In this document: one piece after another, positions 21,081-32,033 of the stretch | Layout: every line of letters starts with the position of its first letter | Numbering within the stretch: the stretch's first letter is position 1 | From: an uncultured cyanobacterium | Lineage (GTDB): Bacteria; Cyanobacteriota; Cyanobacteriia; Cyanobacteriales; Cyanobacteriaceae | Assembly: GCA_963710605.1 (NCBI GenBank) | Contig: CAVQBA010000004.1 | Span: 1,056,001 to 1,120,000, forward strand | Direction: 5' to 3' | Length of the DNA stretch: 64,000 nucleotides | The notes under the pieces: model-generated | Seen by the model: only the letters and a program-made list of their open reading frames with translations | Databases searched by the model: none | What the model was told of the DNA's origin: nothing | Translations under genes and position numbers: made by a program

Positions 21081-22640
21081 CTAATCTTTACTAACTAAAT
21101 GATGAGGTGCAATTTGAAATTGATTACGACCTAATTTTTTAGCTAAATACAATGCTTTATCAGCTTGCTCAACTAATATTTTAGGTGATTGGTTAATATC
21201 AGGAGTCAAACCACTAATACCGATACTGACAGTAATACAAGATTTAACTGATGAAGTGAGATGAGATATTTGTAAATTATCAATATTGCGTTGTATTCTT
21301 TTTGCTACTGTTATCGCACCTTTAATGTCAGTATTAGGTAATAAAATAGTAAATTCTTCTCCGCCATAACGAGTCACTAAATCAGACGATCGCATACATG
21401 AAATAGTAAAAGCTTGAGCAATTTCAATTAAACATTGATCACCTTGCTGATGACCATAGGTATCATTATATAATTTGAAATAATCAACATCAATTAATAG
21501 TAAACACAACTGCTTTTTCGATCGATAAAGTCTTGTCCATTCTTTAGCTAACTGTTGATCAAAACAACGACGATTAGCAATTTTAGTCAACCCATCAGTA
21601 TTAACCATCTGAGCTAAACTATGGTTAAGTTGTTCTAAATCTATTTGAGTTTGTTGTAATTGTTTTGTTCTTTCAAAAACTTTACTCTCTACTGTTTCTA
21701 ATGTTTCTTTTAATGACAATTGAGTTTGTTCTTTTTCACTTAATATAGCTGTCAAAATCAAGGTAGTAATTGATAAAATGGCGATAAAAGATTGTAAAAA
21801 CAACAAAGATTCATCAACTGTCTTTTGATTGATAAAAACGCCGTAGCCGTTACTTGTATTAATTATTATACTTAAAGCGATAATAACGACAAGCAAACTA
21901 GAATAAAAACGAGAAAGACGAAATACACCCCAAATCAAAACCGCTAACAACAGATATTCAACCGACCATGATAACCAAAAAATGAAAATATCAACAAAAT
22001 AAACCAAAAAGCCAACTAGTATTATTTCCGCAAAACTAGCTGTAATTTTCAGAATATCTTTCTCACGATAAATGAGCCAACAAGGAGTAAAAATTAAATG
22101 GGCTACCGCACTAGCTAACCACCATCTAGAAATAAAAATAATAGTTTGGGAAAAGTCAATAACTTCTACATACCATAAAACTATCACACCAACTACAGCA
22201 CAAATAAGAGGTGAAAATATCGCCGCTACGATAAACACCCATACCGAATCAAGATTGGTAAAAATGTTAGTATATCTAGCGTATTTTTGTAGTAAATATA
22301 AACTTATTAAAGGTTGCAAACAATTAACCACAGCATAGACAACACAAATTAGGAAATAAGTCAACAACGATAATGAAGGTTCTGTCTTATTTAAATAGGG
22401 TATTATGCTGATTATAGAAGCGATCGTTATGCCGACCAAAACTTGATTTTGATAGATAATTACCATCACTAAACTAACGGCAGAAGCAAACCAGACTGAA
22501 GGTATATCATCAGGTAAAGTAGTTAATTGAAAACTTAACTCAACAGCTATCAAATATAAAACCGCCATTAAGATATTTAATATTATCCAGCGAGTTAATC
22601 CCTTGTTATTGTGCTGTGCAGAAGATAATATTTTAATCAA
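21081..22640 (-). CDS. MASE1-GGDEF diguanylate cyclase
   Basis: Multi-TM MASE1-like N-terminus; DGLT..NRR, DVDYFK..ND.YGH, RSSD I-site and GGEEF. Confidence 0.92.
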   Translation of the reverse strand: MIKILSSAQHNNKGLTRWIILNILMAVLYLIAVELSFQLTTLPDDIPSVWFASAVSLVMVIIYQNQVLVGITIASIISIIPYLNKTEPSLSLLTYFLICVVYAVVNCLQPLISLYLLQKYARYTNIFTNLDSVWVFIVAAIFSPLICAVVGVIVLWYVEVIDFSQTIIFISRWWLASAVAHLIFTPCWLIYREKDILKITASFAEIILVGFLVYFVDIFIFWLSWSVEYLLLAVLIWGVFRLSRFYSSLLVVIIALSIIINTSNGYGVFINQKTVDESLLFLQSFIAILSITTLILTAILSEKEQTQLSLKETLETVESKVFERTKQLQQTQIDLEQLNHSLAQMVNTDGLTKIANRRCFDQQLAKEWTRLYRSKKQLCLLLIDVDYFKLYNDTYGHQQGDQCLIEIAQAFTISCMRSSDLVTRYGGEEFTILLPNTDIKGAITVAKRIQRNIDNLQISHLTSSVKSCITVSIGISGLTPDINQSPKILVEQADKALYLAKKLGRNQFQIAPHHLVSKD

Positions 22641-22809
22641 TTAACTAAATTTATGATGGTGATTATGAAAGTGTGAATAGTACACTAAAAAATATTATAA
22701 TACTTACTCACTCCGAATTAATCAGCAATAAGTTCTATTTAGATCGGATGATTAAGTTAATTCAAACTGAAATAATTCAACTATACTCATTAAGAAAAAA
22801 ATAGTTTAC

Positions 22810-23601
22810 TTATATTTTGTTTTCCAAATGAGACCATTGATTTTGCTCAAGAAACTGCTCAAACGATTCAGGCTCAGTTAAAAACCAAATTAAAATCCCG
22901 ACTAAAAACAACGCACCTAAAGCCAAGATACCAGAAATAAAATTAGGAATTAGGTTAAATTGATTGGCTGTTACTTTTTTTATTTTCTGTTTAGTAACAG
23001 TTTTATTACTAGTTTTTAGTATTTGATTTTTTTGTGGTTTGGCTACCATCTCGATTGAAGGATTAATCGATTGAGTTGTTGGATTTAAATTAGAATTAGT
23101 GAGTTGCTCGATTGTTTCAATGACTACAGTTGGTTTTTGTTGTGTTCTCAACCAGAGATTAAATTGAGCTAAAGTAAGAGTAATTAAGTTTTGAGTTTGA
23201 GTTTGAGCAAGGTTAGTTCGTAGATTTTGATTGTTAGTAACTAAAATAATTAGTTTTAAAGGAAGTTGAAGACTTAAATCATATACTGATTGAGCAATAC
23301 AATATTGTAATCGAGCTTTTTTGCTCAAGTTTTCTCCTTCAGCACGAACAAAAGTTTGGTGAGATGATAAACCTTTGTGTATCTGCCAATGAGAATTAGG
23401 AAAAAAACGCATAAATTCTCGTGCCGCTTTTTCTTCTTCAGGTAACACAGCCCGATTAGTTAAAAACTCTAACTCAGTTAAAGCTATTTGAGGTAGATAT
23501 GTTTCACCAAGACGATGATATTGACTCCAATCTTTTTCTTGATGGTTTAAAATTGTGCTTGGTTCAAAAACTAAGACGATCGTAATGTTATACTCAGACA
23601 T
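22810..23601 (-). CDS. PIN-like domain protein with C-terminal TM helix
   Basis: Cyanobacterial family pattern W....LG...LP....EL.FL..RA....EE..AREF.RF; C-terminal hydrophobic helix. Confidence 0.6.
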   Translation of the reverse strand: MSEYNITIVLVFEPSTILNHQEKDWSQYHRLGETYLPQIALTELEFLTNRAVLPEEEKAAREFMRFFPNSHWQIHKGLSSHQTFVRAEGENLSKKARLQYCIAQSVYDLSLQLPLKLIILVTNNQNLRTNLAQTQTQNLITLTLAQFNLWLRTQQKPTVVIETIEQLTNSNLNPTTQSINPSIEMVAKPQKNQILKTSNKTVTKQKIKKVTANQFNLIPNFISGILALGALFLVGILIWFLTEPESFEQFLEQNQWSHLENKI

Positions 23602-24100
23602 GATAGTTAGTTAGTTTTCACGGGTAAAAATTAATTTTCAATCATGATTGATATATGATCATTAGAATCTTTTTTTTCTTTTTCGATGAAGATATTCAGC
23701 GTCTTAAATTTCCCACAAAATTAAGCTAATTTCTGTTTAATTCGCAATCAAAAGAGGTAAAATTAATTTATATTGTATCGTAAACAATTAATAATGACTT
23801 GTACTTTGTGTAGTTAAAATAATTGTTGACTAGATTAATTATAAATCATCTTTAGTTAACCTCCCCAGATTAATTGAGAGTATCATAATTATCTTTATTA
23901 GAGAAAGTACGATCGTATCCTATCAAAACTTTCAATATTTTTAGCGAGAATCTCACAGGCAAAAAAAATAGTGACGACATTTATCGCACGAAAACAATTG
24001 AGAGTGTAATTATTGACGAATATTTATATTCAGCTATATTTTATATATTATCATCATTATTATTGTTATTATTATTAACTTTGAAGCATTTAATTAAATA

Positions 24101-24739
24101 ATGTCTATTAATACTTTATCAACAAAAAATCTTGAATCATTAGCAGTAGTTTCTCGTATTGCATCTGTTTCTCGTACCACCAAAGAAACCGAAATTAATG
24201 TGACGGTTAATCTTGATGGAGAAGGAAAATGTAATGTTAATACGGGTGTTCCGTTCCTTGATCATATGTTACATCAACTATGTTCTCATGGTTTACTTGA
24301 TTTAGATATTCAAGCCACTGGAGACATTGAAATTGATGATCATCACACTAACGAAGATGTTGGTATTACCTTAGGAATGGCGATCGCTAAAGCTATTGGT
24401 AATCGCAAAGGAATCAATCGTTTTGGTCACTTTGTCGCTCCTTTAGATGAAGCTTTAATCCAAATTGCCCTTGATTTTTCTGGTCGTCCTCATTTAACCT
24501 ATGGTTTAGATATTCCGACTCAACGGGTAGGTAACTACGATACTCAGTTAGTGAGAGAGTTTTTTGTGGCGTTAGTTAATCATAGTCAAATTACTCTACA
24601 TATCCGTCAATTAGATGGCTTAAATTCCCATCATATTATTGAAGCTACCTTTAAAGCTTTTGCTAGAGCGATGCGTATGGCTTTGGAAATTGATTCTCGT
24701 CGTATTCACGAAATACCTAGTTCTAAGGGAGTTTTATAA
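24101..24739 (+). CDS. hisB: Imidazoleglycerol-phosphate dehydratase
   Basis: [28 protein letters not shown] and PSSKGVL motifs. Confidence 0.98.
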   Translation: MSINTLSTKNLESLAVVSRIASVSRTTKETEINVTVNLDGEGKCNVNTGVPFLDHMLHQLCSHGLLDLDIQATGDIEIDDHHTNEDVGITLGMAIAKAIGNRKGINRFGHFVAPLDEALIQIALDFSGRPHLTYGLDIPTQRVGNYDTQLVREFFVALVNHSQITLHIRQLDGLNSHHIIEATFKAFARAMRMALEIDSRRIHEIPSSKGVL

Positions 24740-24835
24740 TCTTTGATATTTAATAATCGATATCTATTAATTTAAAGTTAATATTTATTATTTGTTATTT
24801 ATTCATTATTAATTATTAATCACTAATTATTTTTT

Positions 24836-25897
24836 ATGTCTAATTCTAAATGTTTGTTAATCGCCTCTAGTGAGCCATATACAGGTAAATCAGCTACAAT
24901 TTTAGGAATTGCTCATCAGTTACAAAAAAAAGGAATTCAGTTAGGTTATGGTAAACCCATTGGTACTTATTTTAAAGCTGATGATACGATTCAAGATGAG
25001 CAAGATTTAAATTTTATTTCCCAAATTTTAGATTTACCTTCTACACGAGCAAAAGCACCTTTATTATTATTAAATGAAAAAACAATAATCGATGCACTAG
25101 CTCAAGAAACTAATTATCAGAGTCAATTGAAAGAATATTTTAATTCGATCGAAGGTGATTTAATTTTGTTAGAAGGAGGTGGTACTTTAACTCAAGGAAA
25201 TTTATTTCATCTTAGTGTACCTGAAATTGCTGAGCAATTAGATATACCTGTTTTATTAGTGGTTAAGTATGAGTCTTTACTAATTATCGGTCAAATTCTC
25301 CACGCTAAACAACTTTTAGGCGATCGTCTTACAGGTGTCTTAATTAATAATGTACCAACAGATAGTCTAGATACGATCGAAAATAATATTAAGCCTTTTA
25401 TGAAGAAAAAAGGGATCGATATTTTGGGTGTGATGCCAACTGATAGATTATTGCAAAGTGTCAGTGTACGTGAATTAGCTTCTCAACTTAACGCTGATAT
25501 ATTGTGTCGTGAAGATAGATTAGATTTAATGGTAGAAAGTCTGACAGTAGGAGCGATGAATGTCAACTCAGCATTAGAATATTTCCGTCGTGGTACAAAT
25601 ATGGCGGTAGTAACAGGAAGCGATCGTACCGATTTACAATTAGCGGCTTTAGAAAGCTCAACTAACTGCTTAATTTTGACAGGACATACTCCACCTCAAG
25701 AATTGATTTTAGCCCGTGCTAAAGATCTAGAAATACCTATTCTCAGCGTTAATATTGATACTTTAAGTACTGTAGAAATCGTTGATAAAGCTTTTGGTAC
25801 TGTGAGATTACACGAAACAATTAAAGTAGAATGTGTGCAAAATTTGATTGAAGAACATTTTCAAATCGATCGGCTTTTAGAAAAAATTAACTCTTAG
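24836..25897 (+). CDS. Phosphotransacetylase-family protein (BioD-like N-terminus plus DRTGG domain)
   Basis: TGKS, GYGKP, LLEGG, VGAM and VTGSDRTD motifs. Confidence 0.85.
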   Translation: MSNSKCLLIASSEPYTGKSATILGIAHQLQKKGIQLGYGKPIGTYFKADDTIQDEQDLNFISQILDLPSTRAKAPLLLLNEKTIIDALAQETNYQSQLKEYFNSIEGDLILLEGGGTLTQGNLFHLSVPEIAEQLDIPVLLVVKYESLLIIGQILHAKQLLGDRLTGVLINNVPTDSLDTIENNIKPFMKKKGIDILGVMPTDRLLQSVSVRELASQLNADILCREDRLDLMVESLTVGAMNVNSALEYFRRGTNMAVVTGSDRTDLQLAALESSTNCLILTGHTPPQELILARAKDLEIPILSVNIDTLSTVEIVDKAFGTVRLHETIKVECVQNLIEEHFQIDRLLEKINS

Positions 25898-25911
25898 CAT
25901 TAATTTGTAAA

Positions 25912-26086
25912 TACAGCAATTAACTAATTAATTTATAATTTGTAACCACTCCTAACCCCTCCTTAACCCCATCTCTCTCTGCCTTTTGGCATCTCCCCTA
26001 TCCCCCCAAACGTCCCCAGAAAAAAAGGGGACAAAAGACTGGGGAATTCAATTTAGATGTCCTAACTACAGACGTTAACTGCTATA
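25912..26086. mobile_element. TATAGC-ended miniature element containing C-rich hairpin repeats
   Basis: TACAGCAATTAAC (25912-24) matches the reverse complement of GTTAACTGCTATA (26074-86) at 11/13 positions. Confidence 0.5.
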
Positions 26087-26313
26087 TAAGTAGTTGGGTT
26101 AAAATCACAAAACCTAAGGATTCCAACTTAAGTAATAAGATAAAATTAGACCAAAATGGTTTGAGAACAGTTTTTTTTGTTTTCAGTTGCGATATATTTT
26201 GAAATTAGCCCTTGCTTTTGCTTTAAATTTTTAATTTTGATTTCTAAGTTCAAGAAAATGCTAGTATATTTTTAAATTAAACGAAATCTTTATATTTTAT
26301 CAATATTTTATTT

Positions 26314-26892
26314 ATGTTGAATACACTTAATATTAGTAAGTTTTTAAGTATTGTTGTAGCTGTGTCTAGTATTTCATTACCTTGTTTAGCACAGTCGTCA
26401 CCGACGATGATTATTAGTCAAAGTACTGATGATGACACGATTAATGAAGAAATTGAAAATACTGTAACACCAGTCAATCAAACAGAAAGTTTGTTAAGTA
26501 TTGAAGGCGGGAAAAAACTAATGTCAGAAGCGACTGAAGCGATCGCACAAGAAAATTATGACTTAGCCTCAACTAAATTGCAACAAGCAAGAAAAATCTT
26601 TAATCAGCTATCTAATTTTTATGTGCAGTTAGGACAAAGTTTTTCGGGGATAGATAATAGACTAGCTGAAGGGCAAAGAGTTGATGCGTTAGAAACTGCA
26701 AGTCTTAGAGATGAAGCTACTTATCAGCTTGCTTTAGTACATAGGGCACAAAATAAACCAGAATTATCTGTACCTCTTTTAATTCAAATTATTCGTTCTC
26801 AAAATCCGACTAGTGAATTAGGCAAAAAATCTTATCAACAATTGTACGAAATTGGTTTTGTGAATAATCCTTTTGAAAGTGCCAATAATTAG
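26314..26892 (+). CDS. Conserved cyanobacterial exported TPR-like protein
   Basis: Signal peptide; RDEATYQLALVHRAQN.PELSVPLL.QI..SQ.PT motif. Confidence 0.75.
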   Translation: MLNTLNISKFLSIVVAVSSISLPCLAQSSPTMIISQSTDDDTINEEIENTVTPVNQTESLLSIEGGKKLMSEATEAIAQENYDLASTKLQQARKIFNQLSNFYVQLGQSFSGIDNRLAEGQRVDALETASLRDEATYQLALVHRAQNKPELSVPLLIQIIRSQNPTSELGKKSYQQLYEIGFVNNPFESANN

Positions 26893-27168
26893 TAAACAAA
26901 AAGGTAAATTATTATAAAATAAGTTATTCGATGGGTGAAAGTAATTTTTGTTTTTAAAGTATTTAAATGATTGATAATTTTAGATTTATTTAATTATGTT
27001 ATTACTACTAAATAATTAAACAAATTGTTAGTAACCTGTTGTGATTTAAAAAAGCAAAAAATTGGAAACAAACTGATTATCTGCTTCCAAATTTAGTTGC
27101 TTAATTTCAGCAATAGATAAAAACGATCGCTAACTATGTCTTTGATTTATTCAAAGATAAACTAACTT

Positions 27169-28971
27169 TTAATAAGGTTTGGCTGGTAAATTTAAACCAC
27201 GATCGCGTAAATACTCACCTGTTTCACGAGAAGGATTGTAGTTATAACCAAAACCACTATTAGCATCACTATCATTAAGTATTTGAGGAGTAAGAATAAT
27301 GACAACTTCTGAGCGATCACGAGAAGTAGATGTGGAACGAAACAAACTCCCAATTAAAGGTAAATCACCTAAGATAGGAACTTTAGAAACTTGTGTTCTT
27401 TCATTGTCACTAATAATTCCAGAGAGAATTAAAGTTTGTCCATCTCGTAAACGAATTAAACCAGAAGTAACATTTCGCTCAACTAATGGTTGAATAAAGT
27501 TAATCGCTCCACCACTATCAAATTGTTGTCTATCACCAGGAAAAGTAACAGAAGGATTAACATTCAAACTAACAAAACCATTATCGTCAATTTTACTAAC
27601 GGCTAAATTAAGAATTAAACCAGCAGGTTCAATTTCAGGAGTAATAGTTCTCACACCACTCTCTACGTCAACTTCAGTTGTAATGCTAGTAACAACATTT
27701 TCAACTAATTCAACAGAGCCAACTTGACCTTCTTGAACAACTAAGGTAGGGTCAGTAAGTATTTTGGCATTTCCCGAACTAACATTAGCCCTGATTTGAG
27801 CGAGGAAAGCATTGGGTACATTAAAGTTTAAATTACCCGTAGTGTTAACATCACGTTGAAGAGCACCTGGCTGTGCGGCATCTAATACATCAACACCAGA
27901 AGGTGATACTTGACCTGAATCAGGGATAATCGAATTTATATTTCCATTATTAGTACCGAAGTTAATAACTCCAATCCCACCATCTTGAACAACACCAGTA
28001 TCGTCGATTCCAAAAGAAAAACTACTTCCAAAACTTTCATTTTGATCTAAGTTGATATCAACAACTTTAACATTCACCGCTACTTGACGACGACGAACAT
28101 CTAATTGGGTGAGAAAAGACGTAGCAGTTTGAATTAAGTGAGCTTCGCCAACTAATGTGATCGTATCATTAAGAGGATCAGCATGAACGGTTAAACCTTC
28201 TAATACCAAGTATTCGTTATCTTTAGGCGCACTATCTAAAGGCTTAACAGTGAATGTTCTTCTTCCTGTTTCTTCATCATCTTCGACTTCAACAATATTA
28301 CCTTTTGCCCCTTGGCTATTAAGGAATGTTGCCGCACCGATCGCACTATACTGATTTAAACGAATACTACGGGTAATTGTGCTTTTGACTGTAGGTGGTA
28401 ATTTATTACCAACAAAAACTGTGTTACCTTGACGATTAGCTTTTAATCCAGAAATCAATAAAACGCTATCAAAGACATCTTGTATTGGTTCGTTTTCTAA
28501 ATCTAAAGAAACTGTCGCATTAGTTTGACCTTCAACATTTGATTCAGTGAAAATAATATTTAAACCTGCCGCTCTAGTTAGTAAAGCTAAAACTTCAGTC
28601 GCAGGTGCATCCCGTAATACTAAACGAGGTACTAAGGCTGTTGTGCCTAAATTAATTGTCGGTACATTGTTACCAACATTAGAAACCGACATATCGCCTA
28701 CAGGTGGTGCAACCGCACGAGGGATAAAAGGTGGTGGTGTTTGTTGTCCACTAATGGGTTTACCATCTATTTTGAGGGTTGGATTAGGGATTAAAACATC
28801 TTGTTCTTGTTGAGCAAACATTTGAGCGATCGTCAACGGGGTTTCTTTTAGTTTAATTTTTGATTCAATCGTACTAGAGCCAGCGATTGCGATCGATTGC
28901 CAAGAAAGCAAAGCGACACTTGTAGCACTAAAAAATTTGATTTGATTTTGATTAAGAGAAAATTTAATCAT
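27169..28971 (-). CDS. pilQ: Type IV pilus secretin
   Basis: AKILTDP, DGQTLILSG and KVPILGDLPLIGSLFR secretin motifs; last gene of pilMNOQ; start at MIKFS preferred. Confidence 0.93.
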   Translation of the reverse strand: MIKFSLNQNQIKFFSATSVALLSWQSIAIAGSSTIESKIKLKETPLTIAQMFAQQEQDVLIPNPTLKIDGKPISGQQTPPPFIPRAVAPPVGDMSVSNVGNNVPTINLGTTALVPRLVLRDAPATEVLALLTRAAGLNIIFTESNVEGQTNATVSLDLENEPIQDVFDSVLLISGLKANRQGNTVFVGNKLPPTVKSTITRSIRLNQYSAIGAATFLNSQGAKGNIVEVEDDEETGRRTFTVKPLDSAPKDNEYLVLEGLTVHADPLNDTITLVGEAHLIQTATSFLTQLDVRRRQVAVNVKVVDINLDQNESFGSSFSFGIDDTGVVQDGGIGVINFGTNNGNINSIIPDSGQVSPSGVDVLDAAQPGALQRDVNTTGNLNFNVPNAFLAQIRANVSSGNAKILTDPTLVVQEGQVGSVELVENVVTSITTEVDVESGVRTITPEIEPAGLILNLAVSKIDDNGFVSLNVNPSVTFPGDRQQFDSGGAINFIQPLVERNVTSGLIRLRDGQTLILSGIISDNERTQVSKVPILGDLPLIGSLFRSTSTSRDRSEVVIILTPQILNDSDANSGFGYNYNPSRETGEYLRDRGLNLPAKPY

Positions 28972-29127
28972 TTGTTTAACTCCTTCACACAAATAATAAA
29001 AAACAAAGTTTGTCAACGAAAATAAATAATTACGACTTCGGTCAGATATTCAATTAACTATATAATCAAACAAGTGAAATCTTGATAAAAATAAAATTTG
29101 AGTCTAAGTCAAATTAAATAATTACGA

Positions 29128-29874
29128 TTATGGTGTTTCTCCCTCAACAGGTGGCTGTTCAGCTACAGGTGGTTTGACATCAGCAAAAACTGCTTGGAAA
29201 GTAACCGTTGTTTTCAAAGTTGGTTGCCCTACTGCTGATAGCTGATTATTTTGCAATAAGTATTTAGGTGGTTCAACTGTATCTGCATTCAAGTTTTTAA
29301 CTATCAGTAAAGGTTGTAAACGTTCTAAATCTTGCAAAAATGATTGTAATTCAGAAAAAGTTCCTTCCAAATCAAGATTGTATGTTTTTACTTGAACATT
29401 ATTAGTTGCTAAACTACCTAAAGATTCATCCGTTAAAGGTTCTTTTTCGCCTGTAGGTACATAACTATTGATAGTTACGTTAGTTAGTTCAGCAAAATTA
29501 CTCACATCTAAGAGTAATGTTTCTAACTCATTATCGCTAGAAAATAATTGAATTACCTCTTGTTTTAGATTTTGTGTTTGCTCTAACTCTGCACGTTTTT
29601 GAGCAATAATTACTTCTAATTGGTTAGAATTTAATTGGTTAAGTTGTCCTTCTTTTTCTTGTCTTTGAATTTTTAGCTCGGATAACTCTTTCCAAGCTGG
29701 AAGAACTTGATTAGAGATTAAATAAGCGGCAATTAATGTCCCAAGTACACCTAGTATAATACCAATAATTTTCGGTGTAAAAGTGACACCAAAGGCTTCG
29801 GGATAATCGGGTTCGCCGTCAAAACCGCCGCCTTGAGGATCAAATTCATCAGAAGTAGTAAAAGATGTGGTCAT
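29128..29874 (-). CDS. pilO: Type IV pilus assembly protein PilO
   Basis: N-terminal TM, coiled coil, G.F..LQSF..DLERLQPLL motif; operon position. Confidence 0.88.
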   Translation of the reverse strand: MTTSFTTSDEFDPQGGGFDGEPDYPEAFGVTFTPKIIGIILGVLGTLIAAYLISNQVLPAWKELSELKIQRQEKEGQLNQLNSNQLEVIIAQKRAELEQTQNLKQEVIQLFSSDNELETLLLDVSNFAELTNVTINSYVPTGEKEPLTDESLGSLATNNVQVKTYNLDLEGTFSELQSFLQDLERLQPLLIVKNLNADTVEPPKYLLQNNQLSAVGQPTLKTTVTFQAVFADVKPPVAEQPPVEGETP

Positions 29875-30695
29875 GGTTGAGTCTCTCCTTCAGATATTGG
29901 TTCGGTAACGTATATATCAGGAACTTGTAAGTCTAAAGCCCCTTTTCTTCTTAAAGTAGTAATTCGAGAAACTAAACCTGTTGCCCCTTGACGGTTAAGC
30001 TGGTTTAGATACTGAATCGAGGATTCTTCGGTGATTGCTGTGGTTATAGTATAAGATACTACCTTTGGTAATTCAACCTGTACTCCTGTTGGTTGACCAT
30101 TTTGTTGGTCGTTGTTTGTATTTAATTGTGAAAGATTAAATATAATTTGATTGGGATTGTCAACTAGACTAGTCGTATCTAATTTGGTAAATTCGGCATC
30201 TAATAAAGGAGAATTTTTTAAAGTTAATAATAAATCATTAACACGATCGTAAGAATCAGCATACCCATTAATTGATAATGTTTTGCTATCAACTTGAGAA
30301 ATGGCACTAATTTGCATATCTGAAGGTGTAACACTAGCAATTTCTGAGAGCATAGCTGACCAAGGTTTAAGTTGCTCAAAAACACTAACTAAAATCGCAA
30401 CTTCTCGGTTAGCATTGTCAATTTCAGCTTGAATTTGTTGTACTTCTGCTGTTTTACCTTGTAACCGTTGAATTTCACTATCTAGTTGGGCGATTTGTTT
30501 ATTTTGACTAGATTTTTGGGCATTTAAAAGTAATAATGCACCACCAGCAATTCCAATTAAAGCTACTGCTATCCCACCACCGATAAAAAGAGGTAGTTTT
30601 TCTTCGTTAGATACCGATTTTTTTCTATATGCGGTAGGGCTACTTAATGCATCTAGTTTACGGTCTTTTAAAAAATTAATATCAATATCATACAT
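29871..30695 (-). CDS. pilN: Type IV pilus assembly protein PilN
   Basis: N-terminal INFLKDR motif, TM, coiled coil, KPWSA.L; operon position. Confidence 0.9.
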   Translation of the reverse strand: MYDIDINFLKDRKLDALSSPTAYRKKSVSNEEKLPLFIGGGIAVALIGIAGGALLLLNAQKSSQNKQIAQLDSEIQRLQGKTAEVQQIQAEIDNANREVAILVSVFEQLKPWSAMLSEIASVTPSDMQISAISQVDSKTLSINGYADSYDRVNDLLLTLKNSPLLDAEFTKLDTTSLVDNPNQIIFNLSQLNTNNDQQNGQPTGVQVELPKVVSYTITTAITEESSIQYLNQLNRQGATGLVSRITTLRRKGALDLQVPDIYVTEPISEGETQP

Positions 30696-30697
30696 AA

Positions 30698-31813
30698 TTA
30701 ACTTATTCTCATCCCTAAGCCTAAAACTGTACCTAATCCTGCTCTTTGCATAGCAGATAAATCATCTTTCATAGTCAAAGAAAGTGCCGAGATAGGATCA
30801 ATTCTCATAGTTGGTAAACTCACTTTTTTCGTGAAATATTCATCAATTTGAGCAAGTCCAGCACCCGGTCCTGCCAAGAACATCTGCACTACTTCAACAT
30901 CACCACTTTGGTTAAGATAAAAATTAATCGATCGACGTAATTCATCAACTAATTCACCCAAAACTCTTAAAAGCGAATCCATCCCTGGATTAATAAAAGT
31001 CTGACTATTAGTAGTACTTGTACTGGTTTTTTCTGATGGATTACTAGGAATAGTGATTTCTTGTAATATTTCTGTATTTTTAGAAGTAGGTAAATTCATA
31101 GCTTGTGCTAGGGCAGTTTGCATCTGATAAGTACCAATTGGAATTGTCCGAGTAAATTGAGGTACACCTTCAACAATAATAGCAATTTCGGTCGTATCAA
31201 ATTCAATATCAACTAAAACTACCGCCTCAGAAGGTGAAAACTGTTTTAATTGTTCTTTAATAGTTCTAATTAAAGCAAAGCTATTAATTTCGAGAACATT
31301 AACCTTTAAACCTGCTTGTTGAAAAGTTTCTAAATACAAATCAGTCACTTCTCGACGAGTTGCCACTAATAATACTTGTACTTTTTCAATTCCATCTTCA
31401 TCTACAAAATAACCTAATTTTTGATAGTCGATATCGACTTCTTCTCTAGGATAAGGTAGATAAAGAGCGGCTTCATGATTTAAAACCATGTCTTTCAACT
31501 CGGTATCATTTAATTCGGCAGGAATTGGAATCAGTCGTAGCACCGATTCTTTCATCGGTACTGCGGTAGCTACTTGTTTGGGTTTAACTTTTGCTTCTTT
31601 AACTAATTGGTCAATTAGCTCAGCTAAAGCCGAAGAATCAATTATTTGACCTTCTTCAAATATTTCATCAGGCACATCTAATGCCAAATATTTTAATAAT
31701 TTGTACTGTTGTCCTTTCTTTGTCAGTTGAACTAAAGTAATTTTATCGGGGTTTATTTCTATTCCCACACCATTACTGTTACCACCCAACATATTATCTA
31801 AAAAACTGGCCAT
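30698..31813 (-). CDS. pilM: Type IV pilus assembly protein PilM
   Basis: GIEI, EAALYLPYPREE, LRRSINFY, LAGPG and VLGLGMR motifs. Confidence 0.95.
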   Translation of the reverse strand: MASFLDNMLGGNSNGVGIEINPDKITLVQLTKKGQQYKLLKYLALDVPDEIFEEGQIIDSSALAELIDQLVKEAKVKPKQVATAVPMKESVLRLIPIPAELNDTELKDMVLNHEAALYLPYPREEVDIDYQKLGYFVDEDGIEKVQVLLVATRREVTDLYLETFQQAGLKVNVLEINSFALIRTIKEQLKQFSPSEAVVLVDIEFDTTEIAIIVEGVPQFTRTIPIGTYQMQTALAQAMNLPTSKNTEILQEITIPSNPSEKTSTSTTNSQTFINPGMDSLLRVLGELVDELRRSINFYLNQSGDVEVVQMFLAGPGAGLAQIDEYFTKKVSLPTMRIDPISALSLTMKDDLSAMQRAGLGTVLGLGMRIS

Positions 31814-32033
31814 TTCTTAACTCCTTATCCGTAATTTTACGTAGGAAATATGAAGTCTTTATAAACTTATATTATCTTACCCAATTTAAACGATTTTGAC
31901 GATAAATTTATGGATATTTACAAACAAAGTATAATCTAAGATTGTCTAGTCTGGATCATAATGATAAAGTACCTGATTATTACATCTAGTCTGGTTGTTA
32001 TTAAAATTTATTAACAAAATTAAATTATCGATT